Source: Lama glama
Taxonomy: Eukaryota
Assembly: GCA_028534125.1 (NCBI GenBank)
Contig: CM052832.1
Span: 20,152,001 to 20,216,000, forward strand
Direction of reading: 5' to 3'
Length of the DNA stretch: 64,000 nucleotides
Program-made: the position numbers and the translations under genes
Notes under the pieces: model-generated
What the model was told of the DNA's origin: nothing
The model's database searches: none
Seen by the model: the letters and a program-made list of their open reading frames with translations, nothing else
In this document: positions 51,148 through 63,224 of the stretch, piece by piece
Position numbering within the stretch: position 1 is the stretch's first letter
Layout of the letters: every line of letters starts with the position of its first letter

Positions 51148-51715
51148 ATTTTATTGTTTTTGTAGTGACGTAGGTTATATATAGTAAAATTTGCACTATT
51201 AACCATTTATAGCTGTACAATTCAGTGGTGCTAATTACATTCCTAGTGTTATACAACCATTGCCAACTGCCTAGTTCCAAAATTTTTCATCACCACAGAG
51301 AGAAATTCTTCACCTGTCATGCAATAATTCCTCATCCTCTCCAAACCCCTGTCCCTGGTAACTTCTTTCTGTTTCTATTAATTTGCCTTTTTTTCCCCTA
51401 GGTACTTTGCAAAAGTAGAACCATCCAAACAAAATTAACTATTTGTTTTTTTGTGTCTGGGTTTTTTTTTTAACTTAGCATAATATTTTAAAGTTCATCT
51501 GTGTTAACAGCATGATTCAGAACTTCATTCCTTTTATGGCCAAATAATATTCTACTGTATCTATATACCACATGTTGTTAATCCATTCATCTGTTGATGG
51601 ATACTTGGATTGTTTCCACCTTTTTTCTTTTGTGAATAATGCTGCCATGAACATTGGCATACAAATATCAGAGTCCCTGTTTTCATTTCTTTTGGATACC
51701 GAGGAGTGGATTGAA
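51148..51715 (-). mobile_element. L1MB-type 3' end
   Basis: TTAACCATTT...GTACAATTCAGTGG...ATTACATTC...AACCAT...CAGAACTTCATTCCTTTTATGGCC...ATCCATTCATCTGTTGATGGATACTTGGATTGTTTCCACCTTTT. Confidence 0.92.
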
Positions 51716-53229
51716 TATATTTTAATTGCATGATGTTAAAGACACCCTAAAATAATTAGCACTCTGCTAGGTATATTTCTAGAATTTGAAAAATAATTTT
51801 TTCATTCCTATGTATATTTTAACTTAGAAGAGTATGACATGTTTATGAAATAAAACAAGGCATTCAGAAACTTATTCTATTAAAACTTGATGCCATTAGA
51901 CATGAATGCCCTATTTTTAAGGACTTCTCAGTAGTTCTACTTAGCTGCTAATTTTAAACTATTGATAACTAAAAAATAATTTATGGTTACTAAAACACCC
52001 TTAGATGCGCATCTCCTTGAACTGTCATGATAAGCTAGATTTTTTTTTTTACAATCTTTATTATGATCAGCCCCATTATTGAGAATGCTATTGTGTAAAA
52101 GGAGAGAATGGATTTAAAATACAAATAGTAGAAATAGTTATATTAGCAAAGGAGAGTATGTGCAAATCAGTCAGTCATTGAGATAGAGTGAGGTTTTATG
52201 AACAATAAAGAGACAAACTTGAGACAGAAAAAATAATAAAACTGGAATTTCTTGTATTCCTTTAGCCACAAAAATAAGTAAAGACAGGAACACAGAAGGA
52301 ATCTGAGCAAAGTTAACTGCACATATTCCACTCTTGGCTGTCCTGGTTATAAAATCCCCATTAAAATAGCAACAACAATAACAACAACCAAAGACCATAA
52401 AATAACAGCAAATCAAATGTGGATTCCAAAAAGTCTAGCTCCCTCTAACTTATGAGACAATCTGAGAAGTATTTGAGAGGCGTTTTGTTGCAGACAACTA
52501 ATGATGTTATTGAATGGAGTGTGACTGGCTTGCTTAAGAAAAAGTGAACAACAAAAAAAAGAATACAGTTGGTTCTCCCTTGTCTGTATGGCTGGCTCCA
52601 GCACCCAACTGGAAAAAAAATGTGATGTACAAGAAGCCTAACTTGAGCCTGTAAGTTTGAAGGATATTCCAGACATGATTGGGTCTTACTTCTCCCACTG
52701 AATGCTGGGAATCCCTCTTGAAAAATGAACTTGGTTGTACTGTTCAGCATCACTACTTGGAAAAGAACCCAGAAATCAGGGATCTTAGGCTGGGTGATGC
52801 ACACATACTCACACTCTTCACAGCTCTGCTTCCTTCATTGCCTTGTGTGCTGTTCTCATCACCCTGGAGGACCATAGAACTGCAGGCCCAATATGGAGCC
52901 GGTGTGTGTCTGTGGCCTGACTTACTATTGACAGAGTAAACAAATGAATGGAATTAAGTTCTCCAGGTTAGAAACTTACAGTAAGAATTCAAACTCAGGT
53001 CTTAGGCTTCTAAATTCTATTTATATCCACTGAATCCACAGTATTGCTACTGTGTCAGATTGTACCAGACTGTTTTAATATAATGAGGAAAAATATTAAA
53101 GTGCAAATAATCTAAAAATCACAGTCAACAGAAAACCCATTATCACCAGTTCTCATAAAAAGAACTGCATATCATTTCAGGAGTCATTGAAGTCAACTGG
53201 GGTCATTTAAGGATGGGTCACTTCAACTG

Positions 53230-53610
53230 CTAGGTCACATAGTGGGAACTCAAGTTCTTTCCACCTTTCTGCTCAGCTAGTCTTAGCATGCTGATTTATC
53301 CCATGGCTATAATTCAGCTGCAGCAGCGCCAGCCATCACTGCAAAAAGGCAGAAAATAGGGAGGAGAATTTGTCCTTGACTTAAAGACAAATTATTTTTA
53401 AGAGCGAGAATAAATTTCCTAGAAACCCCCAGCCAAGGGGCTTCAGATCATTGGCCAGAACTGTATCACATTCCTCTCCCTAAATAACTCAGTGACAATC
53501 AGGGAAACAAATTATTGGGATTTTGTTAGATTAATCAAGATTCAGTCCTGAGGTGACAAAATGTAGGCCCCTATATACCTTCTGCTATCTGAACAAATCA
53601 GGCAGTCTAT
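53230..53610 (-). mobile_element. MLT1J-like MaLR LTR
   Basis: GTTCTTTCCACCTTTCTGCTC...GCTGCAGCAGCGCCAGCCATCAC...TTTCCTAGAAACCCCCAGC...TCATTGGCCAGAACTGTATCACAT...TTAGATTAATCAAGATTC. Confidence 0.8.
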
Positions 53611-53899
53611 AGTTTGTGCCACTTCAATCTTCCAACTTTGCACCCTGCCAGAGTGGGTAAGAAGTAAGCACTAGAGCAATTTTGAATTGTTTAGTCTAAT
53701 TTCTTCGTAACTTTCTACTACAAGAGTCAAAGAAAATGAACTCAAAAGACAGGATAACTCATTTGCTTGACAGACTACACCCAGGGCATTTGAGCTTCAC
53801 CTACAGTATTTAGTTTATGAGTTTGTGGTAAAGTGTTCCGCATCAAGACATCAACTTTCCCTAAGTGCAAAACGTAAGTTTACTTTGAGAAGAAAAGAA

Positions 53900-54035
53900 A
53901 GTTGCGCTTCCTTTTTGATTGGTTTGTGATATTTGACACACATTAAAGAATACACAAGAAAGGGAAAAACAGTGCTGGTAGTCTCGTGTTTTATGTATAT
54001 AAATGTGGCTGTATTGTAATTAAACAGTAACAATA
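53900..54035 (+). promoter_or_regulatory. Possible second promoter-like motif pair
   Basis: TGATTGGTT (reverse NF-Y consensus, core 53918-53922) and TATATAAA (53996-54003) in non-repeat sequence. Confidence 0.25.
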
Positions 54036-54589
54036 AAATGTCCTATCATTGATTCAAAACTATGTTTCCCATTCTCACTTGTGGCCCTTTCAGTTCTTCA
54101 TGTGTAAGCAACATTTCCTTCCAGTGTTTTTCCAATCTCAAGTGATTCTGTAATTTAGACAGTAGCAAGCAGAGCACGTGATGAATGAAGCTGTGGATTA
54201 AGGATGGGGCAGCTGTTAAATCACAAAGAGATGTTTTGTGGGCGTGTTTCTACCTGTAGAACGAACTCTATGGCTCAATCAATGATTTGTTGAGCTAATT
54301 GAATCTTTGAGTGTTATTGTAACTTTTGGTTAGGCTAGGATGCAACCAAATGTTTACACCAATTTAGGACAGCTGAAGGCAAAATCATCATGTGCTATTG
54401 CTAAGATGGCATTCACAGCATTCAGCAAGGCTGAACCTTAGCAAAATGATCAGGCTGGTGTACATGTCCTGTCATCCTCAGTGCCCCACTTCCTTTCCTC
54501 CGTTCCCTCTATGGAGGAGCCAGTGCCCTTTTAGAAATGTTCAGTGGTTCATGCTGCCCTCCTTATGCAGTTCCGGTCCAGCCTGCCTG

Positions 54590-56045
54590 ATACCAGTGAT
54601 CGAGCTTTGTTTCTTTGTTCCCAAATTTCTGTTCATTGAAGAAATATCTCTTCAATCAGATTCTTCACCCATTTCTTACATTGAGCTGTTAATATTTATA
54701 TTATTGAGATCAAAGAATTCTTTATATATCTTAGATGCAAATTCCTTACTAGAAATGTGATTTGTAAATATTTTCTCCCATTCTGTTGGTTGTTTTTTCA
54801 TTCTCTTGATAGTATCTTTTGAAGCATAGAAGTTTTAAATTTTGTTCGACTTATTTTTTCTGCTGTTGCTCATGCTTTTAATGTCAAATCTAAGAATTCA
54901 TTGCCAAATCTGAGCTAGGAAGATTTATCCTTATGTTCTCTTCTAAGAGTTTTATAGTTTAACTCTTGCATTTTGGTATTTGATCCATTTTCCGTTAATT
55001 TTTGTTTATGGTGTGAGATAAGGGTCCAGTTTTATTTTTATACATGTGGCTATCCAGTTGTGCCAGAACCTTTCTTAAAAAGACTATTCTTTCCGCATTG
55101 AACAGCCTTGATACCCTTGTGGCAAATCAGTTGACCACAGACACATGGGCTTATTTCTGGAATCCCAATTCTGTTCTGTTGGTTTATATATCCATACTTA
55201 GGCTAGCACCGCACTGTCTTGATTACTGTTGCTTTGTAGTAAGTTTTGAAATAAGGAAGTGTGAGTCCTACAACTTCGTTCTTTTTCAAGATCGTTTTGG
55301 CTATACTGGATCCCTTGCAATTCCAAATGATTTTAGGGTTAGTTTGTCAATTTCTACAAATAAACCAGCTGGGAACTATGTTATGAATTGCACTAAAGCT
55401 ATAGACCATTTTGGGTATTCTTGCCATTTTAGCAGTATTACGTTTTCATGAACATAGGATGTTTTCCCATGTGTTTGGATCTTATTTAATTTCTTTCAAC
55501 AACGTCTCATGATTTTTCAGGGTCTAATTTTGTACTTCTTTTGTTAAACTTATTCCTAAGTATTTTGTTATTTTTGTTGCTAATGTAAATGGAATTGTTT
55601 ATTTAATTTTATTTCTGTGTTGTTTGTTTTAAATGTATAGAAATACAATTGATTTTTGTGTATTAATCTTCTAACCCTGCAACCTTGCTGAGCTGGTACA
55701 TTAGTTTTAATGCTTTATTAGTGGATTTCTTAGGATTTTCAATATGTAAGATCATGTAATCTGCACATAGAGATAGTCTGAATTTTTCTTTTCCAGTCTT
55801 AATATACTTTTATTTCTTTTTCTTTTCTAATTGCCCTGACTAGAACCTAAAGCACAAGGCTAAATTGAAGTAGTGAGAGTGACGTCCTTGTCTTGTTACT
55901 GATCTTAGAAGGAAATCATAAAGTGTTTCACCATTAACTGTGATGTTAGCTGTGGGACTTTTGTAGCTTCCCTTCATTAGGTTGAGAAAGAATATCATTG
56001 TATTATTGAGATGTCTCAGTAAAACATTAAAGTGTTGATGGAAAC
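54590..56045 (-). mobile_element. L1MB/MC-type ORF2 fragment (decayed)
   Basis: AAATATTTTCTCCCATTCTGTTGGTTG, GTCTTGATTACTGTTGCTTTGTAGTAAGTTTTGAAAT and CCTTGTCTTGTTACTGATCTTAGAAGGAAA are typical antisense L1 ORF2 motifs. Confidence 0.92.
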
Positions 56046-56074
56046 CATTAGACACTTAATTGATTTACATTAAT

Positions 56075-56935
56075 TTAATAATAAATTATTTAGAAAAGAA
56101 TATAAAATACAGAAAAGTACTGAAGATGCTCTAAGAGATAACCATCTATTCACCACTCTAAAACAATATTCATATTATCATCTTTTATTCTGAAACTGAT
56201 TTTGTAATATAAAATATTAAAGAAGTTGGGAGTTCCTTAGTCTTTTGTATGGTCCTATTTCTTTATCTCCCCTCCTCTCTAGATAGAGGCAACTGCTATC
56301 ATAAATTTTATATGTTTCCCTCCAGACTATGTTTTTACACGTGTACTACATACATGTGTAATTATTTATAAACTATAGCATTTGTTTTAATAAATTAATT
56401 TATACTTTCGAATTTTTTACAACCTGCTTTTTTCATACATTGTTTTTAAGATCTTTTCTACTTATTATGACCTAAACTTGATTCTACTTGAATCTAGTTT
56501 ACTCATAAAACCTACTTTCTGCTTTATAGTATCTCTAGTAGAACTGAAGCCCTTTTTAAAAAAAAAAATTGTTAGAACTTATTTATGTACATTTAGGCTA
56601 TTGCTAGGTTTTGTTTTTAGTTCTTTTGTTTCTTTTTTGTGCTTATTATTAACAACAGTGCAGTTACTATCCCTATACAGAGTTGTCTCCTCATATTTAT
56701 GTGCAAGAATTTCTTGCCCATATTTGTGTAAAGGAGAAATTGCTAGATTGTTATCTAGACATATTTTTACCTTTCCCAGAGAATGCCAAATGGCTCCAAA
56801 ATATTATCCCTGCTGTTTTCTTTAAGTAATTACATTCTTGCCAGATTCCTACAAGACTTATTACAGTTAAAGCACTTTAATCATTACCAATTTGGGTATG
56901 AAGTGGACTCAGTGTTCTAATTTTGTTCCCTTAAT
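56075..56935 (-). mobile_element. Old L1ME-type 3' end
   Basis: ATACAGAAAAGTAC...AGAGGCAACTGCTATCATAAATTT...ACAACCTGCTTTTTTCA...GAAATTGCTAGATTG...GAATGCCAAATGGCTCC. Confidence 0.7.
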
Positions 56936-56979
56936 TTTAGATTCCAATAAAAATAGAACTTGTTCAAATTTTATTGTTT

Positions 56980-58610
56980 ATTGTTTCTATCAATCACATT
57001 TTCTTCATGCATTCTTCTGTTGATGGACATTTTGGTTGTTTCCACATGTTGGCTATTGTGAGTAATGCTACAGTGGACATAGGAGGGCTAATGTCTCTTC
57101 AAGATCTGGATTTCAGTTCTTTAGAAGTAGGACTCGTGGATTATATGGTAGTTCTATTTTAAATGTATGAAGGAGCTTCTGTACTGTTTTCCATAGCAGC
57201 AGCAGCATTTTGCATTCTCACTAAGTGTGTAAGGGTACAGTTTCCCCACATCCTCACCAACATTATTCAAGTCCTTAGCCCATTTTAAAATTATGTTATT
57301 AGTTTACTGTTGAGGTGTAGAAGTTCTTTAAACTTTGTTCAGTTTAACCCATTTTTGGAGATATGGTTTGCAAATATTTTCTCCCATCCTATAGGCTGTC
57401 TTTTCACTCTGTTTGCTAGGCAGAAGATTTTAGTTTGACATAATCCCAATTGTTTGTGCTTTTGTTACCTGTACTTTGGTGTCATACACATGAAATCATT
57501 GCCAAAACCATTGTCATGAAGCTTTTCCCCTGTTTTTTCCCCAGAAGTTTTACAGTTTGGGATCTCATGTTTAAGTCTTCAATCACTTTGACTTTATTTT
57601 TTGTACGTGGTGTAATAAAAGCAGTGTCCAGTTCCGTTCTTTAGCATATGGATATGTTTTCCCAGCACCCTTTGTTGAAGAGACTGTCCTTTCCTCAGTG
57701 TGTATTCTTGGCACCCTTGTCAAGTATCAGCTGTGTTCCGTTGGCCCATATATCTGTCTTTAGGTCAGTATCAGACTGTTTTGTTCTTTGAGGCTTTATA
57801 ATATAGTCTGAAATCAGAAAGTGTGAGTCTTTCTCAAGATTGATTTGGCTATTCAGGCTCTTTCGTGGTTCCATATGAATTGTAAATTTTTTTTTTCAAT
57901 TTCTCTGGCAGGTGTCATTGGGATTTTGAAAGTGTTGACCAAAATCAAATCATACAATGTAAGAGTTGTGAGTTAAGTTTTTATTTGGGGCAAAATGAGG
58001 ACCATAGCCTGGGAAGCAGCATTTCAATAGCTCCGAGTAACTGCTCTGAAGAGGCGTTTGGGGGGCAAACATCAGTATTATATGTTAGTGAAGGGGCTTA
58101 CATGCAATCAAGGACACGTTTTGGCAGGGACTTGCGGCCAGTCATGAGGACGAGAGGTAATTGTTTATTATTTTGTGCTTATCTAGATATTAGGAGACAC
58201 AAGAATTTGGGCTCATAAAATCTCCTGAAAATGGTATTTAACTGTCTGAAGGCCTTTTCTGCCAGTTTTTCCTAGAGCACAGAGTGCCTCATTCGTGGTC
58301 TCCACCCTGAGCTCCTTTCAGGGGGTGTTGGAGGTCGGTGGCTGCAGCAGTTCGTGATTTAATCCAAGCAGAGGTAGATGGCAAGTGCCAATTTTTAGTT
58401 GGCAACGGGGATTACACTGAATCTGTAGATCACTTTGGGTAGTGTAGACATTGTGACGATATTACTTCCAATTTATGAGCACAGAATTTTCCCATTTGTT
58501 TGTGTCTTGCTTAATACACAATAGGGAAAGGCTAGGTTTTAGGTTAGTTATTCAGTATCCCTACTAGTTATAGGTCTGTTCAGACTTTGTTGGTAGATTG
58601 AATGAAATCA
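56980..58610 (-). mobile_element. L1MA-type ORF2/3' fragment, interrupted by an ERV1 LTR
   Basis: GTTGATGGACATTTTGGTTGTTTCCAC...TTTGCAAATATTTTCTCCCAT...CATTGGGATTTTGA, then the LTR, then GGGATTACACTGAATCTGTAGATCACTTTGGGTAG. The two sides join seamlessly. Confidence 0.9.
57933..58404 (-). mobile_element. MER41-like ERV1 solo LTR (cetartiodactyl type)
   Basis: TG...CA bounded 472-bp insert in an L1. GTTTTATTTGGGGC (reverse AATAAA), TGAGGACCATAGCCTGGGA...TAGCTCCGAG...ACTGCTC, CACCCTGAGCTCCTTTCAGGGGGTGTTGGAGGTC. The 4-bp TSD is degenerate (AAAG/ACGG). Confidence 0.82.
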
Positions 58611-58659
58611 TTTTAAACTCCCCCAAATTACTTCCTCATCAATAATGGGTATTTTCAGT

Positions 58660-59402
58660 CTTTTAATAAGATGGTCTGGAAAAACTTACTTGAACAAAAT
58701 TTGAGGAAAAACAAAGTATATGAGGATGGTTTTATGTGGGTATCAAAGGGAAAAGCTCTTTAGGCAAAGGGAACAGCCACTGCAAAGACCTTAGAACAAA
58801 GAATGCCCGGGATGTATGGAAGAGTCTGGTGTGGCTGCAGTGGAGGGAGCACAGTGAAGGGAAGTGCGGGGATGGAAGCGTCCTACTTTGTAGGGTGCTG
58901 TGGCTTTGTGAGGGCTTTGGCTTCAGAGTGAAGACAGTAACTGTTACAAGTTTTGAGAAGAAACAAAAGGTTGGTACTGGCTGACCTGTTGAGAAGAAAT
59001 TATAATAGTGCAGAGTTGAGCAGAGTGACAGTTAAGAGGCTATTGCAATTATCTGTGCGAGAAAAAAATGCTGCCTGGAACTAAGGTGGAGTCAGTGGAG
59101 ATGGTGAGAAATAGTAGGGTTTTGGATATACCCTAATGGAACTGCAGTGACCTGGGAGGAAGAAGAGAAACAAGACCGACCCAAGGTTTTTACCTAAACA
59201 ACTGATTTTCCTATTGACTGAGACCAGGAAGAGTGAGGTTCTGGAAAATTTGGGGAGAATATCGGGAAATATGTTTTTAGAGAAGAGATGTGTTTTAGAA
59301 AGAGAGTCAAGGAGGATGTGTTGAGTAGGCACTGAATCTGAAGCTCAGAGCAGAGGTTCCAGCCAGTGGGATCGTTAGTGCATAGACAGTGCTTAAAACA
59401 GT
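58660..59402 (-). mobile_element. L2a LINE fragment
   Basis: AGGCAAAGGGAACAGCCACTGCAAAGACC...GTGTGGCTGCAGTGGAG...CAGTTAAGAGGCTATTGCAAT...GTGGAGATGGTGAGAAATAG...GATGTGTTGAGTAGGCA. Confidence 0.9.
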
Positions 59403-59589
59403 AAAATAGTTTCATGCTTTTATTCTGTACTCAGGCTAAGTTTCGGGTTTTTTTCCTTTTATCTTACATTTTGGAACCTCTCCAGTTTTCACGTCACTTC
59501 ATAGAAATATACACCCTGTTTAGTAATTTATCAGCAATTACATGTTGACATTCCAGCTGTTACTTATGGTACCTTCCTCTCTCTCTCAG

Positions 59590-59692
59590 AATCAGACAAC
59601 CAAGGATAAAGTGACACCTGACAACCCTGCCAGCTCAGCACATCTGGAAGCACTAAGCATCTGACTCAGGGACTGCGCATCCAGCTTGTGGG
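59590..59692 (+). other. Candidate 103-nt internal exon, non-coding or stop-containing (5'UTR or lncRNA)
   Basis: Acceptor CCTTCCTCTCTCTCTCAG| and donor GGG|GTAAGT. The exon body is more GC-rich than its AT-rich flanks, is not repeat-derived, has stops in all three frames and contains no ATG. Confidence 0.65.
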
Positions 59693-60634
59693 GTAAGTAC
59701 TTGTGACATCAAATGACCATAATATTTTTTTAAAGTTTTTAAGAATAATAGAAGAAATGAATTTAAAAGAATTACATTTTTAAAGGATTAAATATTCCCT
59801 TCAACCATAGACTTTTTGAAGCCTCTTTAGAAACCATGTTGTGCCCTGGCGAACACTTGAATGCATCGAAAACATCACGTAGTCTAAAATGTGTATAAGG
59901 CATAGACACAGAACAGTACTGGTGCCGAGTCTGGAGCAGTCATTATAATGAAAGCTAAGTTTAGTTAACCATCCAACATAAACAAAGAAAACCTTTTCTG
60001 TCACACTCTAGGAGATTTGAATTTTAAAATCATCCTACATCAGCTGCTCATTAGTGTGTATTTATTATACTAGGCTTGCGTGTGTACAGTTGATGATGCA
60101 GAGATGAAGTCTTGCTGATAGGACTCTCTCAGCTTTCTTGACTTCATTTGTTTAGAACCGGGGGGAACTGACTGTAGCAAGATGGGTTGAGATTTCTTTG
60201 TTGTTTAGTTATATCCTGCTGGGCTTTTCTCACGTTCGAAAATACAAATTGTAGTTATTAATCGATAGTTGTTCCTGGTATTCAGGCAACAATTTGTATG
60301 TTCTTTTGTACCTCGTGTATGTGAAATAACATTCTTAACACTGTTCTAATCAATGAAAGGTGGTTGCAGGCCCTTGTTACGTGATTTGTGATGAACAAAG
60401 CAAACTTCTTTTAATGAAAGTGGGGCGGTGTACTACCCTCTGGAGCAGCTGTAGATGGCTATCGACAAGAAGCCTGGTACCGTATTTTTAACATGGAACT
60501 TAGAGTTCTCATCTTCAATATCATTGAAGTAGTTGTTTTTATAGTGGCTGACGGAAAGCTTGGAAACAGATGCTTATTTATAGTTTTACCTCAAATATGA
60601 TCAGCTCTGTGAAGAGGAGTGTCTTTCTGTTTTG

Positions 60635-60845
60635 TTTCATTTTTCTTATTATTTGGTAATAATTACAGATTCACAGGAAGTTGCAGTGGTAGTACCAGTA
60701 GACCTTACCCATTTCACTCAGTAGTTGATATCCTACGAAGTATGGTAACGGTGTAAAACCAGGAATTTGATATGATTGGTACAATGTGTGTGATAGTTCT
60801 GTTCTGTGTCATTTTATTGTATATATGGATTCATGTAACTATCAG
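60635..60845 (-). mobile_element. L1MC-type 3' end fragment
   Basis: AATTACAGATTCACAGGAAGTTGCA...AAAACCAGGAATTTGA...TTGGTACAAT...GATTCATGTAACT. Confidence 0.8.
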
Positions 60846-60849
60846 AGTC

Positions 60850-61007
60850 TGTGAATAATCTAGTTTTTTTAATTAAGAGAGTCAATGCTCATACATATAA
60901 ATAAGATAATTATAAGATAGTTACCTTGAAAGACTATACACTGCTTTCAAATATGGATATTGTGCTCAAAATATTTCTGAAGCTCTCTTCTCTTGGAATT
61001 GTGCTTC
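60850..61007. mobile_element. MARNA-like (mariner) fragment
   Basis: TAGTTACCTTGAAAGACTATACAC...TGCTCAAAATATTTCTGAAGCTC...TTGGAATTG resembles MARNA as I recall it. Confidence 0.55.
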
Positions 61008-63224
61008 TAACTCATTTGCAAAACACAAAAGAAACTCAGGAGAGTGTTAATCCTGTCCCACAGTTTTACAGTATTTCCTCTTAAGGTTACTGTCTTGTTC
61101 TGCTTTGGTGGTGCTGAACCCTCAATTCTTAAATCTATGACTTTCCAATTGCCTGCTTCATCCTCAGCTAATGCTTGCTTCCAAATTCTCTGAGGAATTA
61201 AGACCCTTAGAAATGAAATCCTTTGACTGACTGTGAGCCCTGATACAATGGAAGAAGTAGCCTTCTTCTGATCCGAAACCACTTCTGATCCTGTTACCTT
61301 TGTAAGTGACAGAGAGGTGACCAGCGAGGGCTCTTCTGCTGGAGCAAGGTCCTTGATGCCCTCTCCTCCCCTTGCAAGGCTCATCTCCTCTGCAAATTAT
61401 GCCAGCCTGCCCATGCCCCACTCGAACCCATGTCATCCTGTTCTTGGTTGGCCAAAAAGCACTTCCTCTGCTGGACGTTAAAAGATGTAACTCCTTTCAT
61501 TGTAAAAGGGATGTGTATCATAGTAGGAGTTCATATGGGTGTTGTGTGTAGGGGCCTGTTTTCACTAGTTACATGGCTTGGAGCTCTGGCCATGTGTGTC
61601 TTGGCACATGAGAGCCTGGCTTCAGAGGTGGAATTCACAAATCATGTTCTTCTGGGGAGTGACACAAGCTTAATCAAGAAAAAGTTGTCCTGGAGTCCTC
61701 CTTCATGAAATCACCTGGGTAATAGAGTCACAAAATCACTTGCCTGTAATATAGTATCGGGGCAAAAGTGTTCAATGGATAGTTTATGGCTAGTAATATA
61801 CCTTGCAAAAGCTTCTGAGACATAATATAGAAGATCCAGTTAGCCTTATTAATATTTGAATGCGTATATTTATGTGCAGTGCATAAAGACGTCTTCAGCC
61901 GTATTTGTGCTTCACCTTGCAGTCTGCATCTTTCCGTTGTGTCGTGAGTATGGCATATTTCAATATTTTGAATAACAGAAGTCAGAAAGTAGAATCTTTA
62001 ATTTGTGCGAGCCCGCTATGTGTAGGTATTGCTTTCTCAGAGGAAGTATGCCTATTTTGGTGACCCAATTAGAAATACGCTGAAATAAACCACAGTAATT
62101 TGGAGAGTCAGTGAACCAAGGGGTCTGTAAGTCATGGCAAAGCTGATTCAATACTAGTGTTCGCCTCAAGATTGCCCCCATTTTCTAGGCAGGTGCCGTT
62201 CAAAATTGTAAACTACCTCAGGCTAAAACCTTTTAAATCCATTGTCAGTTCATTTGCAAATTCTTCTCTCTCCCTAACCTGAAAGTGTTTGAATTTGTTA
62301 ATCCATTTAGTCAGCAGTTGACTGTGGAATTTTTGCTTACCCCAGGCAAACTGGAAATTGCTAACTCTTTCCAAATCCCATTCTTTGACTCACACACTGG
62401 TCATTTTGCATTTTGTTCCCAGTAATGTTTTGCGTGTGTGGGGGTGGCCACCTGCTCTGTGTGGTAAAGTCAGACTTGCTTTTAGAACATGTACTGATTT
62501 AATAGCAGTAACCATTCTGTCTAAATCTGCTGTAAGAATACGATGAAATTCTGGTTCAAATTAGTCAAGGAACCACTTATTTAGAGGTTGTTAGAGTGCT
62601 GATGCTGTGACAAAAGTCATTTCTTCTTCAGACTCCTCAGAGACACCATAATGAAGTTTGCTTGTTGGAGTAGTGTTGAAAATCTATTTTGTGGTGTTTA
62701 GAAAAGATAATGTTGCAGGTGCCAACATGCACAAATAGAATTCCGATCATATTGTGTCTGAATAGGCAAAAAAATGAGAGTAAATTGTATTAAAGTGACT
62801 CCCTCATTCACAGTCATCTATTGCACCTGCTGAGTTAATATGGTCAATTAGCATCCCAAAGTAATTAGCATTTTAATCAAGGCCTGATACGTGGTATAGT
62901 TAACACTAACTTGGTTGGTAAATGCTGTTTATTTATTTTTTGAGCATCTATCATCATCATCATCAAAGCTGTTGTTCTCTGTTGCCTGTGGTCTTATTAT
63001 TCTCCTGAATGTCCTGACTTAATCTAAGAATTCAGAAAAAAATGGTCATTGCTCTTGGATACTCATGAGAGTGAATTTTGCATAGTTTATGAAGAGAGGA
63101 TTTTAAATATACTCTAAGTTGAGAAGTAGGGAGCAAATACTCCAGTAATATATCTTTTTAAAATGGGATTACCTTATGATAATCTACGTATATCTAGGTA
63201 AACAATATAGTAAAGTACAAATAT

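Noticed and set aside
59590..59692. Assigning a gene symbol to the candidate exons
   Set aside because: I do not recognise the sequence. Exon length alone fits many genes with multi-exon leaders, so a transcript search is required.
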